A stretch of 36,509 bases of DNA. It comes from Jimgerdemannia flammicorona. Its lineage: Eukaryota. The translations under genes and the position numbers were made by a program. This document shows, piece by piece, positions 21,985 to 31,538 of this stretch. Numbering within the stretch: position 1 is the stretch's first letter; each line of letters starts with the position of its first letter. The stretch lies in the NCBI GenBank assembly GCA_003990765.1, contig RBNJ01000215.1:1-36509 (forward strand). The letters are read 5' to 3'. The notes under the pieces were generated by a model that ran no database searches, had not been told where the DNA came from, and worked only from the letters and a program-made list of their open reading frames with translations.

Positions 21985-22710
21985 AGTCACGTGCCCGTGT
22001 TTCGGTTTCCACATTACACGCCTACCGCATCGATGGCACCCTAGCGACCATCCCGTCGGCCTCTGTCTCGTCTTCTTCTCCAGATCTTTGCCAATCTCGG
22101 CGGCTTTGACCTCGCGAACCACTACCTCCTTCTCAGTCGCCCCCTCTACCAGGACCGTCTACTTGAGCCTGTCAATTCCTATGGTGCCATCACGTCCACC
22201 TCCTCAGCGGAGCTACCAAGGCGTATCAAGGAATTCGTGTTCAAGCGAAGAGAATCAAGTAGCGAGAAAAACACCGTAGTCGAAAATTAACCCCGCCTCC
22301 GACCACAACCTTCCTCCCCTACCACTCTTTTTTGGGATTTCTCCTCGCTCCCATCGTCGCCACCCACTTCATTGTTTCCCGCCTCCTTCCACGCCGCCAT
22401 TTCGGAGACTCGGCTTCCTCGACTTTTGTTACATTTCGCTTGCTCCGCGGCGGTGGTCACTCATGACGGACGGGTTCCACGGTGCCCGTCGGCCTACCAT
22501 GTCATACCAGGGTACTGCTCGCGGTGCAGCGCGTCTTGAATAGGAAGAGCGGAGGTGGAGAGAAGGCGAAAAGCAGTGGTGGTAGGACTGGGAGATGTGC
22601 GATCGTGATAGGCGTGACAGGCGGGTTGGTCGCGATTGGCAGGGTGAACAAGATTTCGTTGGAGTTGGATTATTTGGTAAGGTATTGCCACACAGCTGGG
22701 TGCAGTGAGA
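21985..22710 (+). pseudogene. Mcp1-like copy, degenerate, inverted orientation
   Basis: Reverse complement of 5040-5840 with frameshifts (e.g. CCCCTCTACCAGGACCGTCTACTTGAGCC, CGCCGCCATTTCGGAGACTCGGC). Confidence 0.85.
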
Positions 22711-22899
22711 TATTGCTACCAGGAGATAACATTAGCGTAGTGTAAGCCATTGGGAAACACAATATACCAGTGTGCAATACTTAGAAAGCGGGGGCGGTGG
22801 TGTAGTGTAAGTGATGGTATGCAATAAACAAAATGTCGTTCATCTTACTACCCGATTCTTGTACACAAGTTCGAATTCATTGACCGACGTGGACCACGT

Positions 22900-23190
22900 T
22901 GTCAGTCATGCTGAACAACGAGAAGACGAAGTGAACTAAGTGGACCGACTATTTGCCACCTCACGTGAACGGAAGAGACGACTTGGTAACAAGAGAGAGA
23001 AGTGCGAGTGCAAACGCTCCTTCCCTTTTCCCCGAGGTACGTTCACAGAGTGACATCCCTTCGACTAGTCATAGGACTGACAAGAATGAAAGAGGCAGTT
23101 ATGATTGTAAGCTACTGATATTACTTTGTCAATAGACGACTAATATCTTCCGCGTGGGCGGATCGGCGCCCCTCTTGTGGCAACTGTCAT
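22900..23190 (+). pseudogene. Family-C fragment
   Basis: PPHVNGRDDLVT..NAPSL..SYDCKLLILLC shared with the other family-C copies. Confidence 0.55.
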
Positions 23191-23416
23191 AGTAAAGCAC
23201 GTGAGAAGGGTAGTGGGGATGTCGGAGGTTGCTTTAGTGTTTTCATGTGTTCGAGAAGGTCGTCTGAATGCCTCACAATCTGAACAGATGGATAGGTGGA
23301 ACTAAGATGAACCACATCTGTTTATTGGACACCATTGCTTACATCACCCCTTTCTGGATATGTTGTTTTCTAATAGCATATACACTGGCAACGCCTTACC
23401 AAAAACTTCAATAGTC

Positions 23417-23830
23417 TCATTTCAACGAAATCTTGTAAGACCCCCCCATCGCGACCAACCCACTCACCAGCATGCCTCTCCCCGTCCTACCACCACTCCG
23501 TTCCGCCTTCTCCCACACGCGCCACACTGCGAAGAGAATCCCTGATACGGCATGGTATGCCGCCAACCACGAGCACCCATGTGCCGTAACGAGATGTAAG
23601 AGGTAGACGGTCCTGTAGAGGGGACGACCGAGAAGAAGGCAACAGATCGCGAGGTCGATGCTGCCGAGGTTGGCGACGGAGAAGACGAGGGCGGAGGCCG
23701 ACTGGATAGTCGTCAGGGTATCATGAGCGCAGTAGATGTGTAATATGATAGTCGTAGTGGGAATTACAGGGGCGGGTGTGGTTCCAGAGAGAACGGTGAC
23801 TGACACGCGAGTAACAAACACGTCACCCAT
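23417..23830 (-). pseudogene. Mcp1-like copy with large internal deletions
   Basis: 137-aa ORF retains TLTTIQSASALVFS, LLLGRPLY and AYHAVSG but lacks the central helices. Confidence 0.8.
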
Positions 23831-23959
23831 TTATTTGCTGCGGCGCGTCACGGAGCGAATACGCGTCTCTAAGCCACTGCGGAGATAAGAACACCCGCCA
23901 TGCCACGGGAGCGAGACTCGCTAGTACATACCAACCAATGCTTCCACTTCACTACCATT

Positions 23960-24600
23960 CAAAACATACTCCAACTTTAACAGCGCGAACCCAAGTTCAA
24001 AGTGTCAATGCTCAGTGTGCTCCCCGACTTTATCAATCATAGAATCCCCTCCACCAGAGTAACCTCAAAATGCAACACTTGTTAAGCACTGTTGATGAAT
24101 AATTTATGAACTTATCACTCGAGCATCATGGCCGAAAAAAATCTGTCCGACATCGTCGGAACTTCAAGTTCATCGACTACAAGTTCATCGACTATAATAA
24201 AATATCCGGCATACGCGATAAAATTGCCGCCAACATCATTATGAATATCCTCCAATATCGCCATAATGTTGATCCTGAACCCAGCACTATATGATGGAAA
24301 ATACGGTGGCGACAGTCAATATAAGCAACATATTGAGGTATGTGCAATCAAAAGATGACTTGGGCGCTTATTATAAGAGTATGATGGGCCGTAAGTCAAA
24401 CGACAACAATAATGGTGTAAAGCGCCTGAAAGGAATGATGGTCTTTGAGCCGTGAGTAGAAGCTAGCTGCCAAGGTGAGATGTCCGTACCATCACAACCA
24501 ATTTCACTCGAAGCCCCCAGAATCAAAGTTCTTGCAGCTTCAGCCGAGTGATATTATTTTCCTGTGGTGGATTTGTCACGCGTGTCATCTGATTATAGCA
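23960..24600 (+). pseudogene. Family-B remnant (most complete copy)
   Basis: FKFIDY(KFIDY)NKISGIRDKIAA..SNILRYVQSKDDLGAYYKSMMGRKSNDNNNG..FEP*VEASCQGEMSVP, with stops and frameshifts. Confidence 0.65.
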
Positions 24601-24883
24601 CCTCCAATTGATCACTATAACATACACACATCCCTGGGGTGAAACAATATGGAACCCAAGAAAACAGGAAACTTGTATCGACAAGGGTTTATAGGAAAAT
24701 GGCATAAAAACATAGTAACAATGTGTTATAAAGAAGTTTGAAAGCATATGTATAGAAGAGTGGGTATATGAAGTCTATATAATACAAAAACCTAAGGCGA
24801 GGATGCGCCATATGTGAAAATAAATTACTCCGACCCAATAAGGATAGGCTTTATAAAAATAGGGGAAATTGAAATTGAGAGCC

Positions 24884-26320
24884 TCAATTCAGCAAATTGA
24901 ATTGTAGCTTTTCAGGGGGGGGGTCGGTTGTGTTGGTGTCGATGTCCTTGAGGTCGCGAAAGTATGCCATAACAGAATAGCATTCATGTGGGAAGAGCCA
25001 GTGTTCTCTATTGAGGACACTGTTTATCTTTTCGATACCACCGTGCTTCTTAAGAATTTGGAGATATGGATTGAATTTGTACCGGCCGTGGCAGCCGTTG
25101 GTCCCGGAGACAATTTGGAGCAGATATTTGAGAGCCATTTTTCTAATATCCTCATCGGCATCATCAAGCTTGTTGCAGAGGTCAGTGATGATTGCGGTGG
25201 ACTGTGTGCCGTTCCCAAGGCAGGTCCTACCGAGTTGGTGGCAACGAGAGCACGGTACATTGCCAAAGCATTTTTTGTTGCCATTATTGCACCAAACGCA
25301 GGCCTTTCCCGGAGATATTCTTTTTTCTTTCTTGTCGGAGGTGGCTTGGAGCCGACAACGCTTCTTCCTTTTCTTGCAATCGAGACACTTGCTGTGCGGT
25401 ACAGGATTCGTGGTGGCGATAGACGTGCTGGACAATTGCGGCGTGTCGCTTGTGGGAGATTGTGTCGGGGGGAAAGGTTGTCCAGTGGATGCATCAATCT
25501 TGTTCGGCTGCAGATTTTGTACAATGCCGTAAGCCTCTGAGATGTTCGCCGAAACTATTGAATAAGCTCGGGCAATGACTTTGGGTGGTAGGCTGGGGTT
25601 GGGCTCCGATGCTTGAATACTTTCGTCATTGCGTTTGTGAAAGGGAATGCTGTACATGATATCCTGTTCTTCGAATAGGACAGTGATATCGGTATCGTAA
25701 TCAGGATAGTTTTGGGCGTTATAGGCGACGAATTGACCGAAGTACCCGTTTAATCCACCGCCACTTTCGGTATCTATGTAGCTGTCACCAAGTTTTCCGG
25801 GTGGAGGAGTTGTGCTATTGTCCAAGTTGGGGTGACTCTGGAGGATATCGGTGTCGCCACCATATTCTTCGATCGCGATACTAAGGTTAATATCGGCGGT
25901 ATTTTCGTCGGGTATGTTGGGTATTTGGCTAAAGTCAATGAGCTCGGCAAAATTTTCTTCAAGGCTTGTGTTTCGATCGCTTCGTGCGTCTTGTAAATTT
26001 CCGAAACCTCTTTGATCGGTTGCGTTGGTGGCGATGCTGAAACCAAGTAGCAGGTTAAGATTTCCTCGTAAAATGGCCATGGAGCTTTTATCGACAGTGC
26101 CGAATGGAGATTCGAGATGAGCTCGGAGGTTGTCGTTGCCGTCAAAGGCGAATGGACACCTGGGATTGGGACAGGTACAGATGCTGCAAGGAAGGTTGGA
26201 ATTGGAGGGGATGTTTGGTGGGGAGGAGGGGGGGACTTTAATATATGCCTCGCAGGCTGACGTAAATCTAAATCGGACATGGCATATGCTGGGATACTTA
26301 CTCTGACCCAGTAGGTTCAA
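24884..26320 (-). CDS. Second long-ORF Zn(II)2Cys6 paralog (start uncertain; first ATG at 26080, ~398 aa)
   Basis: Open frame with CVWCNNGNKKCFGNVPCSRCHQLGRTC; colinear with 19589..21181. The Met used by the paralog reads ATC here and the C-terminus differs. Confidence 0.7.
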   Translation of the reverse strand: MNLLGQSKYPSICHVRFRFTSACEAYIKVPPSSPPNIPSNSNLPCSICTCPNPRCPFAFDGNDNLRAHLESPFGTVDKSSMAILRGNLNLLLGFSIATNATDQRGFGNLQDARSDRNTSLEENFAELIDFSQIPNIPDENTADINLSIAIEEYGGDTDILQSHPNLDNSTTPPPGKLGDSYIDTESGGGLNGYFGQFVAYNAQNYPDYDTDITVLFEEQDIMYSIPFHKRNDESIQASEPNPSLPPKVIARAYSIVSANISEAYGIVQNLQPNKIDASTGQPFPPTQSPTSDTPQLSSTSIATTNPVPHSKCLDCKKRKKRCRLQATSDKKEKRISPGKACVWCNNGNKKCFGNVPCSRCHQLGRTCLGNGTQSTAIITDLCNKLDDADEDIRKMALKYLLQIVSGTNGCHGRYKFNPYLQILKKHGGIEKINSVLNREHWLFPHECYSVMAYFRDLKDIDTNTTDPPPEKLQFNLLN

Positions 26321-26884
26321 TTACATTTTTCAGGCCAATAATGGCTGCAGACTCGTCTTCCAACCATTCAGAGCACAGAAAATCATCTTCGTAAACCATT
26401 TTTTGCGCACGTACGTTAATTGCCTTTTTTTTTTTTTTCCCCTGTTTTTTTTTATGGAAAAGCAGAGGGTTGACAAGACTGGTTGGTGGAAGGTATTGGT
26501 GGGGAGGGGAGAAAAAATTCAATTTTTGAGAGGGTTGGGGACGATGTTCTTTTGTATACAGCATGGCTGCGGTAAACGCCACGCAAATTCTGGTCGTTCG
26601 TAAATTCGTAGCCTGACGCTTTTACGTTATGTCCAATCTAGGTAACCGCCCGCTTCCTATTGGCAAATTTGGCGTTCAAGAAATTTATACGAGGACGACT
26701 GCGCTTCGCCGTCATTCAGTTGTCATTGATGACGAGTCGCGTTTGCAAAAATGTTGGTCAATTCCAGCATTCTCTACTGTGCCCACCTTGAGGCGTCACT
26801 CACGTCAAACTTGAAACCCAAACGAAGTTAGAGAAAGCTTCGCGAACTACAAGCTAGTAACGACTGGTTGGCAGCGAATTGGTT

Positions 26885-26950
26885 AAAAGAAGGTTTCAAA
26901 CCCCACCAAACGTATAGAAAAGAAGGGTTCAAACCCCGCCAAACGTATAG
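26885..26950. repeat. 33-bp tandem duplication
   Basis: AAAAGAAGG(T/G)TTCAAACCCC(A/G)CCAAACGTATAG x2. Confidence 0.9.
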
Positions 26951-27534
26951 GTGAGATAGCGGCCGTCGTTTCACACCTTGACGTACTCACAGCTCAATTC
27001 TCTGCTATCGCCCGCGGTACCAAGAAAACGGGGTCAAAGTCAAATTCGAATTCGCTCATGAGTAAATGATCGAAAGTGCTCATATTTCAAATTCGGAGCC
27101 GCCAAGAGTCTAGGAGGTGCGTAGCAGTAAACAACTGGGACCGTTGGACAAAAACAGCATCCCGCAGCCGCAGCATCGCACAAACCACATATCCGTTCCC
27201 GTCAATGTTTGTCCGGTTTAATTGGGTTTGTTGATATATTTTTGCCTAATGGAGGATGGCCCGGATCGCTCTCCGGCAACTAACCAAACAAGGTAGTCGG
27301 GTCATTTTTTTGGTTAAGTTCTCGACGTTCGCTGCTACCGTCCACGGTACCAAGAAAACGGGGAGGTCGTACATTGTCGGAAGTGCTCGCGATTGTATAT
27401 TGATTTAAATTCGGAACCAAGGGTACAAGTACGTAGCACATTCACAAGAAACAACTGGGGCCCTTGAACAAGGATGGTATCCTGTGGCCGCAATACCGCA
27501 CAAACCACATATATATGGACAGGTTTGTGGTGCC

Positions 27535-28125
27535 CCGAACCTCGAACTGCTACCTCCTTTTCGGTCACCCCCTCTACCAGGACCATCTACTTGAGCCTAT
27601 TATTACCTATGGTGTTTTTACCATCCACCTCCTCAGCGGGGCCGATCAAGGAATTCACGTTCAAGCGAAAGGAAACCAGTAGTAAGAAAAACGTTATAGT
27701 CGAAACGTCAACCTCCGCCCCAACTCCGCTTCCAATCACAACCTTCTCCCCTACCATTCCTTTCCGGGATTCTCGTCGTTTCCATTGTCGCCACTTACCC
27801 CGTCATTTCGGAGACTCAGCATTCCTTGACCTTTTTTACATCTTGCTCGCTCTGCAGCTATGGCCACTCGGAGTATACGTGTTCCACGTCGGACTGGCGG
27901 CATGCCATGCCGTATCAGGGATGCCATTAGCGGTGCGGCGCGTCTTTGAAAAAGAAGAGTGGTAGTTGCGAGAAGGCGAAACCGAGTAGTGGTAGGACGA
28001 GGGTATATGCGGTCGTGGGCGTGACGGGCGTGCTGGGGAGGGTTGGTACACAATAGGGAGAGCGAACAAGATTCCGTTGAGTTGGATTTATGGTAAGGTG
28101 TTGTCGCAGAGCTGGGTGCAGTGGG
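27535..28125 (+). pseudogene. Mcp1-like copy, 5'-truncated, inverted orientation
   Basis: YLLFGHPLYQDHLLEP, KEFTFKRKE and HFGDSAFLDLFYILLALQLWPL are spread across frames. Confidence 0.85.
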
Positions 28126-28239
28126 GTATTGCAGCCAGGGAAGGAGCATTTATGTAGCATATATGCTATTAGAAAACGCAACACACCCAAACCCCAGAAA
28201 GCGGGACGGGGTACAATGTAAGCAATAAACAAATGTTGT

Positions 28240-29175
28240 TCATGCATTGACGGAGGGATGTCACCCTATGCACGCGCCTCGGGGAAAGCGAAGGGGCATT
28301 TGTACTTGTACTTCCCTCCACAGCGGGATGGTTTGTTACCTGGTCGTCTCTTCCGTTTACGTGGGGTGGCAAATAGCCGGCCAACTCGTTCACCTCGTTT
28401 AGACATCGGAACCATTCCCGCGAACTCTCGTCGTTCGGCATGACCGACAATGCGATCCGACAAGGGCAATCCTTCGGATCCTTTCCAATCTGTCCCATGG
28501 CGTCGTGCAAATACCCGTCACCCAGTTGATCGGTTTGCGTTTGCACAGCCGCGGTTTAGAGGGCGGTTTTCATAAGGAAAGGTTTGTATTTTAGGCTCTA
28601 GCTAAATTTTTCAGATGATTCATTATAATAAAAACGCATCGGCTCGTCGTCGTCGAACACTTGCAATGTCTGAATGACCCGAGAACTAAACTGTCTCCTC
28701 CCAAAAGAGTGAAGCGTGCACACGGCAGGGTCATCGTCCCGGGTCGTGAAGACAGAGATGAGAAACAGAAAGGCGATTGTTTTGCGAAGGGAGAGTATGC
28801 CCGGGAATGCGCGGGCTGTTTCAAGGCGGACCGCGTTGCTGGTCATGTCGGACGACAAGATTTTGTGGGACCAGCTCGGAAGTGAGCTGAATGAATCGGA
28901 AACACTGAGGCTATTAGTCGCTTTACATGAACGGAAAAGACAAGTTGTTTCACTGAAAAAATGCTGGGGAGAGGAATGTAGATGCAGATATACCATCTAT
29001 TTTCCACCCGACGCGCGTGTATAGCGTGAGATCCTTCCGGCTTGTCGTGGGGCCCGACAAGAACAAAGGAGAGATAGCTATGATTGCAAACGACGGATAT
29101 TACTTTGTCAATGGACAAGGAATAATATCGGCGGGAGGGATGGGTCCCTCGCTTGTGAGCAAAGGTCTCTATAAT
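28240..29175. pseudogene. Two divergent family-C fragments (28240-28546 on -, 28600-29175 on +)
   Basis: Both match the family-C sequences at 16.5-17.1, 18.8-19.0 and 22.9-23.2 kb. Confidence 0.55.
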
Positions 29176-29409
29176 AGAGCGACGAGAAAATTATGGTGGG
29201 TAAGTTGGGGTTGCTATAGCGTTTAGAAGAAGGAGTATTACGGAGATAGTCTGATCGCTTATGTTGGTCAATGAATCAGATAGTAAGATGCACGTCATTT
29301 TTCATTACACACCATTGGTTACACAACATCCGCGGCCCCGCTTTCTGGGCATGTCGTATTTATTCAGCTTATACAATACACTCATGCTTCATCCCTGGCA
29401 GCAATACCT

Positions 29410-30140
29410 AACTGCATCATAATCTTCAAATAATCCCGCCTCAACGGAATCTTGTTCGCCTTTCCGATCGCGACCAATCTACTAACCAGTACGTCTGACA
29501 CACACACCACAACCACATATCTCTCCATCCTACCACCACACTGTTTTGCCTTCTCCAGACCACTACTCTTCTTTTCAACACGCCGCACCGCGAACGACAT
29601 CCTTGACACAGCGTGGTATGTCGCCAGCCCAACTGGAATCCGTGAGTGGGTACCGCTGCAGAGCGAGCGAGATATAAGAAAATTGAGGAAACGAAGTGAG
29701 GTGCAACAATGGAAACGAGAAGCCCGAAAAGGAGTGGTAGGTTGAAGGCCGGGTTGTGGGAGAGGTTGGTGTCTCGACTATAGCAATTTTCTCACTACTG
29801 CTTTCCTTTCGCTTGAGCGCGAATTCCTTAATCCTTGCCTTGGCGGACCGTGGGGAGGTGAACAGTGAGGGCACAGTAGATAATAATGGGCTCAAGGAGT
29901 AGAGGAGACGGCCGAGAAGGAGGTAGGTCGACGCCGCCGAGCTTGGCGAGAGAGCATAGGGCGGAGAGAGTCCGTTAAACAAAAAAAAAAAAAGAGCATA
30001 GGGCGGAGGCCTACTGGATGGCTGTCAGAGTGCATAGGGCAGAGGCCTACTGGATAGCTGTCAGAGTGCCATAGGTACTAGACGACTCGTGTCGGGAACA
30101 GGAGTGGGTGTGGTTGTGCCGCACATGAGCAAATGCGTCA
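29410..30140 (-). pseudogene. Mcp1-like copy, degenerate
   Basis: YLLLGRLLY, KEFALKRKESSSEK, YHSFSGF, FSYISLALQRYPLT and KIPLRRDYLKI in shifting frames; 36-bp tandem duplication at 29996-30067. Confidence 0.85.
29951..30008 (+). mobile_element. Second ultra-short family-A insertion with 16-bp TSD
   Basis: AGAGCATAGGGCGGAG at 29951-29966 and 29993-30008 flanks A-GAGTCCGTT-AAAC-A12; GAGTCCGTT is the sense 3' end of family A. Confidence 0.85.
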
Positions 30141-30379
30141 CGTGAACACGTGCGAAGCCACCTAAGGACCGTGACTCTTTTCTTCGAAAGCGAAAGTCAT
30201 ATAATGCAGGAATCGTAGGACAAGGATCGGGGCGCCTAAAATACACGTTTCTAAGCCACTGAAGATGTCGCCACTTTTACTTCTGGGTGGCTTAGTATGA
30301 TTAAAGAAACAATGTGTGACACAAAATTCTATATGAAGTTAAAACAATTGTTATGAAAATTAACATAATGTGAAATCTC

Positions 30380-31441
30380 TTTTTTTTTTTTTTTTTTTTT
30401 TAACGGACTCATGTCCCGCGGATTTTTATTGGAAGGGAACCTAGACTATATAGGCCAAAACCCTCCCCCACTACCCACCAAGCACTGCCACCCCATTAAC
30501 CTAGGCTAGCTATTGTCCAGCAGCTCGACCATATCAGGCACAGCAGGGCCAATATAGGCCTGCACCTCATTCTGCGCACTATGCTCTCCCTACCACCAGG
30601 GGAAACCCAACCATATGCCAACGACCGAAAGCACATATCTGAGAACCCAACATATGTACAAGGCCATGCTCGAGCTGAATAGAATAGCCCCTGCCACCCC
30701 AAAGAGAATGACAGACAAAGAAAAAACCCTCATCAAAGTATAACACGGTAGATAGGGCCTGGTTCTCCCAGTTGAGGTGAGTAAAGGACTTATACGTGAG
30801 GCAGGAGGAAACCCCCAATACCCCACTACTCAAGCCTGCGGGCCTTGATCATGTTGCCATATCAGCTCCCAGTTTCAATTGAGTGCAGCCAAGATGTCTG
30901 AAATGGGTAGCCTTGGGCCTCCTGACCCCCTCTGATGACTGGGGCCTAACCCCGCTGACTACCAAAAGAAGCTGATAGTGACACCTACCACCTAACCATG
31001 CCACACCAATCAAAAGGCCCCACCGAAGCAGCACCTACTCCAGCCCCAATGACTGCCCCCAGCCTGGCACCCTACTAGTCTACTGTTATCGCCCTTCCTC
31101 CTATCTGTGATGGCCATCTCTCCTCCCATCCCAACAACACCTGAAAAACAGTCACCTACGCCAGAACCATACTTACCAGGAAGCTTGCCAAAGCCAGAGG
31201 GCCCCACCACAGACACCAAGGACCTGCAGGTAACCTACACTGAGCACTTGATGCCCAAGGTCGGCTGACTCCCTATGTAGCCCGAGACATACCAAGACAA
31301 CTCCTTGTTGGTGATGGCAAAAGGAAGAAGGTGCTACACTAAAACAAGTATACCCCAGATGCAGCCGAAGGTACCAGAATTCGTGAAAAAGTAGAGGAAT
31401 CACCAATCTGATACCAATAAAGGGGCAACTCATCACTATTG
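30380..31441 (-). mobile_element. Family-A poly(A) retroposon, copy 3
   Basis: Poly(T) 30380-30401; perfect 15-bp TSD ATAATGTGAAATCTC at 30365-30379 and 31442-31456; ~150 bp shorter at the 5' end than copies 1-2. Confidence 0.9.
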
Positions 31442-31474
31442 ATAATGTGAAATCTCATTCAACTTCACTATAGT

Positions 31475-31477
<3 letters not shown>

Positions 31478-31538
<61 letters not shown>

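Noticed and set aside
26861..26910. tRNA gene
   Set aside because: The A- and B-box-like motifs are too close together; there is no anticodon arm or complete acceptor stem.
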